DNA of 64,000 bases from Lama glama. Lineage: Eukaryota. Shown here in pieces: positions 1-11,715 of the stretch (positions are counted from its first letter, which is position 1; every line of letters begins with the position of its first letter). The stretch lies in assembly GCA_028534125.1 (NCBI GenBank), contig CM052816.1, positions 73,720,001 to 73,784,000 on the forward strand, given 5' to 3'. A program made the position numbers and the translations under genes. The notes under the pieces were generated by a model that was not told the origin of the DNA, ran no database searches, and worked only from the letters and a program-made list of their open reading frames with translations.

Positions 1-1459
1 AAGTAATGACTATATAATAAAAATTCTAAAAGTCAGTGTGATTATTTGGAAAAACAGAAATTAGGAAATTATGATTATTAATCCCAATTCTCCTATAAAT
101 TCTTGGATATAGTACCTCAATCTTTTATTTTTCTTAGCTGTGAGACAAAGATATACATGTCAGCTTTTTCAGTAAGATTGAATGAAAAATAATGAATTTT
201 GTTCCCAATCATTTTAAAAGCAATTTAAAAGTGGGACAATAATTGTTTTGAGATGAATAATGTTAACTGAAAACAAAAGGATATAGTAGTTGTAATGACC
301 TAATCCAATGTTGTAATAAATACCCTCTGATATGAAGTTCTAAAATGCAGGTTCAGAGATGGAAGTTATTATCACATACATACACACGCTATTGAGTTCC
401 TTTAATATCATCAATTCCCATTTGAAAATTCCTGTTGGTCTTTATGATTCTCAACTTGGTATCAAACTCTGCCCTTGGCTATGAAGTCATTACATTCATT
501 GTCTTGGAAAACATCATGTACAAGAAGAAAAACAAAATGTTGTAATTTGTATTTATTTCCATCCTTCTTTCTAACCACTGCCCAAATTCAGAATTGTTCC
601 CTATTTCCTTGTACAGCCCTTTTCTGGTCACAAGGATGTTGTTAATTCAAAGGTTCAGAAATCATAGTTTTAATAAAAGAAATCTAAAAATCTAAATGCT
701 AATTAAATTTCTTTTAAATGTTTTTTTCCACAAAGAGTACATAATTGCTTGAAAAGTATGCAAAAAAAGAAAGTTGCAAAACTTAACATTCTATTAAAGA
801 AACCTTATATTAAATACAAATTAGCATTAAAAAAGCTCTTCATTAAAACGGGGGGGAAGCTAGAGAGGCAAATTGATCAGGAAATGTCTACTGAAAGAAT
901 GAACAGTCAGAAGTCCCCTTGCAGGCTCCTAGTTTGATGGGAGGGAATTCTCATCTTCCTATACTCTCTTCTGAAAGGTCTCTGGTGAGATATCATAGAA
1001 TAATGACCAAAACCTCACAATCATTACCTAGCAATTATTACTTCTCTCTGCAAAGCCAGAAGAGAAAACAAGAAAGTACTGTATAAAATAAAGAGAATTA
1101 CCTCAGTGTTTAAGTGAGGAAGAGACACAGCTGAGTAAAAAATACCACTGTTAAAAAAACATCCACATGGGGGAACTTCAGAAGTCATGAATAAACTTTG
1201 GATTCTCGACTCCATAAGTTCCAAAGTTGGGGGGAGAAAGTCAGATAATTTTCTTTCATCTATGAAATTTGAATAGGAAATCATAGTTTAGTGTAGGTTT
1301 TAAACTATCTAGCTGTACCTAAACTTCTGTAATTATTTAAATATTGCTAGGTTACACTAATATTCATCCTTTGCTGTCATAATTAGCAGAATTAGAATTT
1401 CCCTAGAGTGCAGGATGAAACTGTGTCCTATAGAACGTTAGACGACCAGACAACTAAGA

Positions 1460-1860
1460 CATCTTACTGGAGGCATGGAAATGTACCACTCACACTCCTT
1501 TCCAAGAAGGAACTCTATATCCAGTGCCTAAGGGTACAGTTTGCTGCCAGTCTAAGAGTATTAACTCCTTAAAGTCTGCCTCGGCTTTTGCACCCAGGTC
1601 ATACCCTTCTCAAGGTGGCATCAGTTAAATCTGAGCAAGACCCCTATGCTGAAGGGCCCATAGTAAGACACAACAGGAGAATCCTCAAAAACGAGCAATC
1701 TTTGCTTCAGGTTTTTCACTGGGCTCAGAGACTTGTAAGATCTGCACTGAAATCCTATTTGCCCCTACCCAGTGCTATTTTCTCCCTTTTCTTTTCATAG
1801 GTGTTGTCAATCCCCACTCTGGCTCAGCATTTGTTTCTCAGAGACCCAAGTAACACAGCA
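1460..1860 (+). mobile_element. ERVL-class LTR (LTR16-like)
   Basis: Ends in ctcagcatttgtttctcagagacccaagtaacaca, resembling the recalled LTR16 3' end, and is directly followed by ERVL internal sequence. 5' boundary approximate. Confidence 0.6.
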
Positions 1861-2350
1861 GACAGTGGTCCAAGAAAGCAGGCAGTAAAATGAGTCTTTG
1901 GAACTAGATAACTTACTACCTGGATGGCAAAGGACCCATCCCAGGTAATATGCATGGCACAGGTAATCCCATCTCGAAGCATTAGCCCAAGTGGCTGAAA
2001 CCTGGAAAAATGAAGCTGTGCAGAAGATATAATCTGTGAAGCTGAGCACTCTGGCCTTCGGAAGCAGTATAAATTAGCAGCTAGGGTGGCTCCTAGAAGC
2101 CTACAGAAACTGATGACTCATGCGGAGCATGGTTAAAATGCCTGAATTGCCACAGTAAGTGGCACAGGAAAGGAATAAAAGGCTTAGGGAATCAGGCATA
2201 CTGGCACAGCTATATTATGTAAGGCCCAACAACCCCCCTGAGGATTCTATGTCACAAGAAGAACCAGAGGGCACACCGTTCACCAAAGCCATCAGGAATA
2301 TGCTGATGAGAGGGGTACCATCATTACTAAGAAGTTTATAATGTCCTTCC
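1861..2350 (+). mobile_element. ERVL internal fragment with decayed gag
   Basis: ORF 2159-2341 (KRLRESGILAQLYYVRP...PEGTPFTKAIRNMLMRGVPSLL) resembles ERV-L gag motifs (RLRE.G.L.WIYY.RP, TPFTKAIRN.LVRG.P). Upstream frame is broken. Confidence 0.75.
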
Positions 2351-2379
2351 CCTGTTAGTATGTGCTAGAGTTAAAATCA

Positions 2380-4063
2380 CTGTAACAGAAATGGAGAATG
2401 CCTTTGCTGGGCTTAATTAGGCTGGTAGAACTGAGGAGAAAATCTCAGCGTCAATAGAATCCTCAAAAACCAAAAAGCAAAAAAGAACAGAAACTGAAAA
2501 AAACCAAACTATCCAAAGACTATAGGACAACTACAGAAAGTGAAACATATGTGTAATGGGAACACCAGAAGGAGAAGAGAGAAAAGGAACAGGAGAAATA
2601 TTTGAAACAATGACTGTGAATTCCTTAAATTAACATCAGACATCAAAGCATAGATGCAGGAAGCTCGGAGAATACCAAGCAAGACAAATGCCAAAAAACT
2701 ACACCTAGGTATATCATTTTCAAACTATAGAGAATCAAAGCAAAAAAGTCCTGAAGGATAAAAAAGAAGTCAAGGAATTAAAAAAAATAACTCTTTATCT
2801 ATAAAGGAAGAAAGATAAAATTGCATCCAACTTCTCCTTAAACATGTAAGCAGAAGAGAGTGGAGTGAAATATTTACAATGTTGAGAGGAAAAAGCCACT
2901 AATCTGGAATTCTGTACTCTGCAACATTATCTCTCAAAAGTGAAAGAGAAAGAAAGATTTTCTCAAATAAAAATTGAGGAAATTGGTTGACCATAGACCT
3001 GCCTTGTAAGAAATGTTAAAAGAAGTTCTTTAGAGAGAAGAAAAAAGTATAGCTCAGAAACTTGGATCTACATAAAGTAATGAAGAATATCAAAGAATGA
3101 GTAAGTGAAGGAAAAATAAAAACTTGTATTTTTCTTTCTTAATTCTCTGATAGTAGTTTGTTCAAAGTAATAATACTAACAATGTAGTTGATTATGTATG
3201 CTTATGTATATGCTTTCTGTGTGTTTACTTATAAGTGAAATGAATGACAGCAATGATATAGGGATAAAAGGAAGAAATTAGAACTATTTTGTTATAAGGT
3301 ACTCAGGCTACCCAGGAAGTGGTATAGTGTTATTTGAAAGTAGATTGGAATTAACTGTAAATGAATATTGAAAACTAAGGCAATACTTGAAATTAAAAAA
3401 GAAGTATAACTGATGTGTCAGAAAGGAGAGAAAATGGAATCATATAAAATGTTCAATTAAAAGCACAAAAGGCAGAAAAAGAATGGAAGGCAAAAATAAA
3501 AAAGAGTGACAAATAGAAAATAGTAACAAATATGGTCAATATTAATCCAGCTACATCAATAGTCACCTTACATGTCAATAGTCTAAATGCACAAATTTAA
3601 GAACAGGTTGTCAGAGTGGGTCAAAAAACATACTGTATGATTCCAACTATATGATATTCTGAAAAAGGCAAAACTATGGAAACAGTAAAAAGATCAGAGG
3701 TTGCTAGAGGTTGTAGGGGACAGATGAATAGGCAGAGCATACAGAATTTTTAGAGCAGTGAAAGTATTCTGTCTGATACCATAATGATGAGTACATACCA
3801 TTATCCATTCGCCCAAACCCACAGAATATATATCAAGTGTGAACCATAATGTAAACTATGGCCCTTGGGTGGTTACAATGTGTCCATGAAGGTTCATCAC
3901 TTGTAAAAATTGTACCCCTCTGGTGGGAGATGTTGATAATGGGGGAGACTGTGCATTTTGGTGAGTGGGGCAAGGGGTAAATGGGAAATCTCTGTACTTT
4001 CCCCTCAATTTTGCTGTGAACATAAAATTGCCCTAAAAAAATAATGTCTTAATTTTTTTAAAA
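2380..4063 (+). mobile_element. Old L1 (L1MC-like), internally deleted: ORF1/inter-ORF/ORF2 start joined to 3' UTR
   Basis: A-rich ORF1-like sequence from 2.4 kb; ORF2-start motif (catgtcaatagtctaaatgcac) near 3570-3630; then an L1MC-type 3' end (tactgtatgattccaactatatg...ctaaaaaaataatgtc). Confidence 0.75.
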
Positions 4064-4939
4064 GTGCTAGAAACTCTGCTTATTGCATCGCATTCTTAAA
4101 ATTACAAGGTAAATTAACATATTAAAGCTGCTAAGACTCCTACCAAAAAAGAAATCTTTCTGACTTTGTTTATTCCAAAGCTTCCTAAAATAACTTTACC
4201 ATAAACCCCTTTTCCTCCTAACACCTATAACACTCCACAGAAGTAACTTTCTATGGAACACACTGCGGGAAATACTAAACAAGTGGCAGCTTACCAAATT
4301 CCAGATATGGCCTTTAAGAAAAGATAAACAACCTCTAAAGACTTGTCCTGAAATTATAAGTCGATAAAGTAAAAGCATCACATTAAAATGAATTAGAAAC
4401 TTACATAGTTAATTAATTCTAATTTATTGCATGCATCCTTGAAAATGTTGGTGAAAGTACTGAGATAAAAATTTCCTAATTATTTACAAGTATTTGCATA
4501 AGGAATTTTCAAAAGTAGAACAGCTAACTATCTCAGACTCCTTCATTGTTTTTGACTGAATTCACTTCTGGGTCATTCAAGTGATGGGCAAATACACCTC
4601 AGGCTAATATCCTTCCTCTCCTTTCCTACTATACTCATTACATCTCTCAGTCAAAGAAGGTTCTTCACAACCTGGTCCCACCTTATCAACTTAATCTCTA
4701 CTACTTCACCAAAGACCTTTTCTCTTAGTCCCTGGCCACCAAACATTCTGGATCCCTTAGTCCCTGACCACCATACCCACTGAGGTCCTGCAGACATATA
4801 CACATACATTGTACAAGTCGTCTATGTGTATGTCTTTTCCTGACATACCCTCCAGTCCCTCAATAACTGGAAAAAAGTCCTACACATCTTTATAACCTCA
4901 GTAACTAAGACAGTGCATGTGATAATGACCTTTCTTTCC

Positions 4940-5038
4940 CTGAGTCATCAATCTCAATTTGTCTATCCTTGTATTCATATCAAAAGTCTGAGTCATCAAT
5001 CTCAATTTGTCTATCCTTGTATTCATATCAAAAGTCTG
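4940..5038. repeat. Perfect 48-bp tandem duplication
   Basis: ctgagtcatcaatctcaatttgtctatccttgtattcatatcaaaagt at 4940-4987 and 4988-5035, followed by ctg. Confidence 0.97.
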
Positions 5039-5299
5039 CTTGAGATCATTGCTATATATCTGCGCAGAAGCTAGATAATACATGACTTCATCGCCCTTTT
5101 TTGAATCCATTTCCCATCCTGGCTGCTTCGATGAACCAATATTCTTTTCCCTCTCTAGACAGCATAGTGTCTTCCAGATCACAGATGGACACATTCGTAT
5201 GTTCTCCTTGGGGATATCCAACCAAAGCACCATACCTATATGCAATTGCAGGGGACATTATCTTTACATAAAGGACTAAATAAGATTCAAAATACTAGA

Positions 5300-5430
5300 T
5301 AACTGATCATATAATTAATTATCCAAAACAGATCACTGCTGAAAAGTGAAGGATATTACTGTTAATAATTAAACCAGGACAACAGACACAAACTAGTAAT
5401 GTCCCAGCAATGCCATTCAACCCATTCTAC
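5300..5430. mobile_element. MER94-like hAT-Blackjack MITE remnant
   Basis: tgatcatataattaattatccaaaac...taataattaaaccaggacaacagacacaaac...tgtcccagcaa follows the recalled MER94 pattern. Confidence 0.55.
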
Positions 5431-5526
5431 CTACTATCTATTCTATCTCTTCTGTAGCAAGTTTGCTTCAGAAATTGCATGTCACAAAGGAGAAAATTCA
5501 GACTACCAAATGCCTCATTGTTTTCT

Positions 5527-5990
5527 TTATTCATTCAACAACATGTATTTATTACCTTCTGTAATAAAGGCACTGAAATGAAAAATCACAAACAAGGCAA
5601 ATACAATCCTTGCCTTTTCGGAAGAAATAGAAAATGGGGGAACAAACACATAACAAAATAATTACAAATTGTGATTGTAAATGCTTTAAAGGAGACAAAA
5701 AAACTTCAGAAGAGAGAGGAACCTACTCAAGACAGTCCATTCAGGAAAGAGCTCTCTGGAGTGGTGACATTTAAAATGTGACTTGAAAGCTGAGTTGGAT
5801 TAGCCATGCAAGTGGCTGGAAGATGGAAAGCAGGGCAGCTTTCCAAGCTCAGAGAACAGCATGTGCAAAGGCCCTGAGGGGAGAAGGCTCAGTTTAAGAG
5901 AGAAAATGAAGTGGACTTGTTTACTTATAGTTTAGTGAAGAAAAGAATGAGTGTCTAGAGCAGACTGGGGAAGTCAGAAGTCCTGCATTC
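5527..5990 (-). mobile_element. L2 LINE 3' fragment
   Basis: ttattcattcaacaacatgtattt and gagaacagcatgtgcaaaggccctgagg are hallmark antisense L2 motifs. Confidence 0.75.
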
Positions 5991-6719
5991 CTTATATAGA
6001 ATTCTCAGGTGAAAGAACAGTGGTGTCTTAACTGCCAGCACACACAGCTGGGCTAATTCAGTAAGTATTTACTCTTCTGCCCCTTCTTAGCATAAGCTCA
6101 CCTACAGAGGTAAAAATTAAGTCAAAGATGGAAAAAGGATACTGAAATTTAGTTTAAAAAAAACCAACTAAGCTCAGTTCCTCCTCTATCACCACAGCAT
6201 AATGAGGAAGGTGGGAAAGGAGTGGACATCCTCCTTACAGCAACAGAACAGGTACAGAACCACCCTCACTGCACAACAAGCTTCCTCACTGGGTGTGACT
6301 ACATTTATCTCTGTACAATGGAAACCTGATGTTTCTGTGCTCTGCATCTTCAAAAGTCCTTCTGGTTTGAGGCTTTTCCAAGTGACCACAGCATGGAGAA
6401 AAATTCTGGACAACTTACATAGTACCTCTAAGTTTGAATAAGATGTAAAACTAGGATTACACAATTATTGACAGGGAAGCAAATGCATTTCTTCTATTGA
6501 AAGTCTAATGACACATGAACATGAAGTTGGATGCATACCTCTAACTGTCAGCGGTTTTATCAAGAACAAAAGGAAGCACAAATCCAAAGAAGTCATTAAA
6601 GGTCACAGTAAAGCCATTTTAAAATTTAAAAAAAAATGTATTAAACTTAAACATGAATTAATTTTAAAAGAAAAGAGACTCCAGCATAATTTGGGGGTCC
6701 AGGAAAACATTGAGCTTTA

Positions 6720-6890
6720 TCCTAGTGTTTTGGGTTCAGCAAAATAAATTTTGCCAAACGTTTCCCCCTTAATTCAGAAAAGGCATGCATATTTCAAAGG
6801 AAATTTAATCCATATGTTTCTGATTCATTTACACTTAATTCATCAAAATGTTGTTTTGTAAGAGTTATTTGGTGTCCAAGAAGCCTTATA
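6720..6890. repeat. MER121-like ancient conserved repeat (copy 1)
   Basis: catatgtttctgattcatttacacttaattcatcaaaatgttgttttgtaagagttatttggtgtccaagaagcc matches the recalled MER121 core and is homologous to 55760-55840 in this window. Confidence 0.72.
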
Positions 6891-8221
6891 ACACTCTTCT
6901 CTTTGAACCAGAAAGACTTGTGTTGCCAGGACTAAGTGAAACTTTCTATGCAAAAAGGGTAGGATCTGGGTTCCTCTAGGAGGTTTGGCCCAAAATCTAC
7001 CTTCTACTCCTAGAGGGATGAGGTCAAAAGTAACAGGTAATGCTGAGAATTAGCAGGGATCCTTTAGCGAGATAAAGAGAAAACTGCCAAACAACACTCT
7101 CCAGTGAGACAAACTGATCATTCTGTTATTGAGAAGCAGTTTTTGTTTTCATTTTTTATTATGGAAAACCATTTCAATGTTTCAACAAGAAAATGAAGGA
7201 CTTTGGTCCTTAGCATGGAATGTTATACTTAGTTATTAACCATGAATAAATATGTTATTTTATAAAACAATGGCAAAAGTGTATTTCCTCTGGTATTTCA
7301 AGCATTTTGTTATACAAATTGTGAGCCTCCTCAGTGTCTTCAAATACTTCACTACTTGTTTTGAACCTTAAGAATGGTTTCTTTTAACTTAGTTGATGTT
7401 CAAGTTTTTCTACTAACCAGCAGGCATTTTCTCTTTGGGCATGTACATGTTCAATGCACAAGACTTCAGATATTGGTTCTTCTTTTTTTTTTTTTTTAAT
7501 AAGCTTGCAACTTTTAAAGCCATATTATTCTATGATGCATTTACTGTGCTTATTAACTTGATTGTGCATATATTATGGCAACAGTTCAAAACCTCTTTTC
7601 CAATGATCCAAACATCATGATGCAGTTACAGTGCTATCCCTTGACAGATGTGGGAAAGCCCACAGTCTCTTGAATGACAATGAGACACAGGGGTCTAAAA
7701 ATACAGACCTCATCAGATTTAAAATAACTATGAAAATTTCCTATGATTGAAACCATGAAATAGTTCAGTGAAAATAACTTGAGTAAAATATTAAGCAGTA
7801 ACAAAAGTGATTGCTGTTAATGATTTTAATAATCAATTTAAACTAAAAAAAGTTTTGAAAAAATGCATACTATAGATCTTATCTGATTATATTGATTATG
7901 AATCTTTACACGACACTCTAGTGATATAATTCTTTTCTTTTTTTTACTCTAAAATATTAGAGTGTTATATAGCTTAACTAAATCTCAATTGTCTTTTAAA
8001 AACACTATCTCAATTATCTGCAGAAAATTTTTGCTGAGTACAACCAATAAGCCAAAAACAAAGGTTGGTGAATACAGGAATTTATTGAAAGCTTAGTACA
8101 CAAACAATTTTTTTAATCCTAGAGTGTGTGCATCTGTGTAGTGCAAAGAATAAGATTTGGAGCTTACAGAATTGTCTTATCTGTTACTGATAATTATAAC
8201 AAGAAAGATGCATCTACAAAC

Positions 8222-8880
8222 AGATCTGGATCAAGTTCCAGCTCTGCCATTTAGGAACTATGTCCCATTTAGTCATTATTTTTAAAAATCCCTATAACTC
8301 AGTTTCTTCATCCATAAAATGGGTAAGATAATATTCCTATCTCAAAAAGCAAAGACTTATGTAACATAAGTATGTTAAAGTAATGTTAGCTGTTACAACA
8401 AATAAATGCCCAAATATATAATGACTCTAACATGACAAATATTTATTTCTCACACACATACAATCCCAAAAGGGTATTCCTTAATTTCAGGGAAATTCCT
8501 CTACTTCAAACAGGGATATTGGACCAAGGCTCTTTTCATCTTGTAACTGCACCCTTTTCAATACATCACCTTTAACATTGTTGTACTTGTCTGCATCAAA
8601 CAAGCAAAAAAGGAAAGAGCACAGAATATCACATGTGAGAGGATTTTATGGACGAGACCTAGAAATGATACACATCACTGTTATTCACATTCGGTTGGTA
8701 AGAGCCAACTCACGTGGTCACACCTAATTACAAATGAGGGTGGAAATGTACTAGTTGGGTTGCCAGGAAAAGGAGGAAACAGGATGGGAGAAAACTAGCC
8801 ACTCTTGGCCACATGTAAAGTGCCTAGCACTTTTCTGTCATGTAATAAGTATTCAACAAATGTTAGCTATCACCATTATT
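8222..8880 (+). mobile_element. MIR SINE split by an MLT1 insertion
   Basis: MIR core (ccagctctgccattta...ctcagtttcttcatccataaaatggg) before 8364 and MIR tail (tgtaaagtgcctagcac...aacaaatgttagctat) after 8814. Confidence 0.8.
8365..8813 (-). mobile_element. MLT1 (MaLR) solo LTR, MLT1J/K-like, with 5-bp TSD TGTAA
   Basis: MLT1-type sequence ending in ...ttggccaca, flanked by tgtaa at 8360-8364 and 8814-8818. Confidence 0.7.
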
Positions 8881-9189
8881 AACAAAGTTTCTCTAAAGTG
8901 AAGACATTTTTCTTGGGAAACAATAGCCTCAGTGGCAGGGCAGGTAAGTACAAATTTTCCACATGTTTGCTGTGTTATACGGCTGAGAAGAACTCATATA
9001 TGCTCAAAACTGACATACAATAGTAAAATGTTTTAGAAAAAAAGTTTAATACACTCAAAGACTGGATACATCAAATACTTCTAAACAAAAGACCATTGTA
9101 TATTCTTTAACATTACTATGTATATTCTTTAATAATACTATGGTAAAAAGAATCAAACAGGTTTTTCTCAGACTTCAAATGTTCAAGTT

Positions 9190-11160
9190 TCCAAGCTTAG
9201 CAGATTAAAATAAAATCTTTAGACAGTTGCATTTCAAATAACATTACAGCAAACCTCAAGCTGCATTCCTTAGCTGCATTATTATCCTGTTGCAAAGCAC
9301 ACAGCTGCCATGGTGTACAAGTTGAACACTGTTTTTGTTGCATGCATAGAGTTCCCATTGTATTATTATTTTTTTCTATCATGGAATAAGGTCCATGCAG
9401 ATATAAAAGTATCCTCACATAATTTTTCAAGTAAATATTTAAAACTATACCTGTCTCTCAAGGGCAATGTGGAAACTTTGTAAAAAGATCATCCCTTCCG
9501 TGCTGAAGAAATTACTTTTTTTAAAAAAATCTAAAGAAAAAGAAAAGTTCAAGATTTTTCAGGGTCTGTCTGGTTCTAATGGTAAAGCATTGCCAATCCA
9601 AGGGGCAGATTTCAGCAGTTTTAAAAAGAGTTAATTAAAATCACCCTTTCCTTAACTTGCCGCTTTTTCTGTCTCTTTTGTTGGCCTAACTTGTCCATTA
9701 GTATAATATTAAACAAATGAAAACAAAAGGAAAAACGAAGCAAGGTTCTTTCTATGCATATTTCTAAGACCAGGCAGTGTATGTTCCAAAACCATGTCTA
9801 CGGAGCCAAAATTGTTGTGAAAATAAAGCAGCTTTAAAGCTGATTGAAAATTACTTGAATTTGATGCTTATTTTACATACCGAAAACTGCAGTTTATAAA
9901 GTAATAACAAAGCAGGGGCTACTAAAATACAACACTCTTTTGCACATACAAGGCTTTGAGGGGTCTCTGAAATATACCCAAGAAAGCAGGCTACCTCGTA
10001 AATCCTCTCAGGCAATGTCTAACAAGGCCTCGTGTTATTTTCCCCCAATAATTTGTTAACCTTGGAAAATAAAGCTTCTCTGAATGTTCCCAACAACCTT
10101 GGCTTTCTGGTCACGTGATCACAGAAAAATAGCCACTCTGGCTTTCATTAGTTTGAGGACATCTGCAAGTAGAACTTACAACACAAAACAATCTAGGTTG
10201 CTGATCTTATTCTCTCATCTGGACCAAACAGTGTTAGCGTCAACAACTGCAGTAAACGGCATGGCTAGAGCTAAGGTAAACATTTCAGAATTCATAAGCT
10301 TAATATCATTGTTTAGAAGTTGGACCAAGCTATGACTAACTCTCCTGCACTCTGGACCGCAGGCTAGAGACTGACTTTGGTTTATCTCCAGACAGAAAGT
10401 GTATCCAAACCTGCACACTGGGAGAAAAGTAAATGCTCCTGGCATTGGAAGTCGATGTGACAATAGGGGCCTTTGGTGTGTGGATAAATGCAGAAGGTGG
10501 AATAAAGGGCAGTAATGCCTGCCTGTAGCAGATGGGAGGCGGTCTGTGGGTCCCATTGTTATTAAAGTCAAGTCATAAAAGTAGATAATGTTTATTTCTG
10601 CGGTGGCAGCTCGTAGGCTTTAGCTCTGGCCACGTTTTTTAAAATAGCTCCATGCTATTCCTATTATGTGCAGGCTTTCTTTAGACCCAGGGCAAGACAA
10701 TGGAAAAACCAACCTAAACAAAAACAAACGGAAACTAAATGCTTTGGATTTACTTTATAAACATGTCAGCCACAAGGTAGGGAATTACCTTCAAATAAAG
10801 GAATTATTTGCTGGGTCCCTACGCCCAAGTGAGAATTTTAATGTTGTTTATATAAGACCGTAACATTATTTTTTAGAACTTTTTGCCATCTCTAGTTTTA
10901 GGCAGCCAAAGATACTTTTGAGCTTCATGTTTATTCCCAGGGCTAATTTCATGATAAAAACAGAGTAAACTGAATCTCACTTACTCTCCCGCATCTTCAG
11001 TGGAATGCTTGTCATCACCAGGCTAAATCTAAATGATTAGGCCCTAACCCCTTCTGTTTACAGATTTTCAAAGTTCTAAAAATAGGAATGCCGTCTCTTT
11101 TTTCATAGTTACATTCGGGCAGCTCTTTACAACTGCAAAATTATTTTCTCTTTGGCTCTG
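9190..11160. promoter_or_regulatory. Candidate enhancer region (repeat-free, CpG-retaining)
   Basis: About 2 kb without recognisable repeats and with visibly more CpGs than the flanks; GTCACGTGAT E-box at 10110-10119 and MEF2 consensus CTAAAAATAG at 11076-11085. Confidence 0.4.
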
Positions 11161-11164
11161 TCAT

Positions 11165-11320
11165 TATTACCCACAGCAACCTTGAGAGGTGGACCAACAG
11201 AGAATTATGACCCATATTTGGTAGGTAAGGAAACAGGTGACAGTAAGTGCCTGAGCTGAGATTTGAATGTAGGGCATCAGATGCTAATCCCTGCCCTCTT
11301 TCTACTAGAGAATGCTGTCT
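11165..11320 (-). mobile_element. MIR fragment
   Basis: cacagcaaccttgagagg...ggaaacagg...gagctgagatttgaa. Confidence 0.6.
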
Positions 11321-11494
11321 CTATACAAATATAAGGAGCTGAATTTTAATAATCCTGCTTCGACCTGTGTAGCCTTTTCCTGATCTATAATGGCTCAGGA
11401 AGTGGGTGGGGCCAAAGCACACTCAGAAAATGCATAAAAAGACTGCTCACTTAGGTCCTTCACACAATGGCCTCTTCTAGAAATCTACAATCAT

Positions 11495-11715
11495 GACCAA
11501 GTAACAATACTAGGTACTGTTTATTATCTCCTAAAAATGCCTTGATAGTCCTAAAAGGTCAGTATGATTGTGTTCTTCATTTATACATGATAAAATGAAT
11601 CTGAAAAAAACTAAATAATTTGTTCAAGATCATCCTGCCAGTGAATGGCAGGGGTAGAATTTGAACCTGAGTGTTCTGAGTCCATAGTCCATGCTTTTGG
11701 CATCAGGTTACACTT
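11495..11715 (-). mobile_element. MIR fragment
   Basis: aataatttgttcaagatcat...gtgaatggcaggggtagaatttgaacctgag. Confidence 0.65.

Noticed and set aside
1024..1284. Minus-strand ORF with possible acceptor (~1260) and donor (~1101)
   Set aside because: Moderate splice signals and an unrecognised peptide; not distinguishable from chance.
4898..5245. 115-aa ORF with an internal peptide repeat
   Set aside because: The repeat simply reflects the 48-bp DNA duplication; there is no other coding evidence.
8899..8949. Plus-strand 45-nt exon-like segment ending CAG|GTAAGT
   Set aside because: Weak acceptor, abuts a MIR tail, and lies opposite to the inferred host strand.
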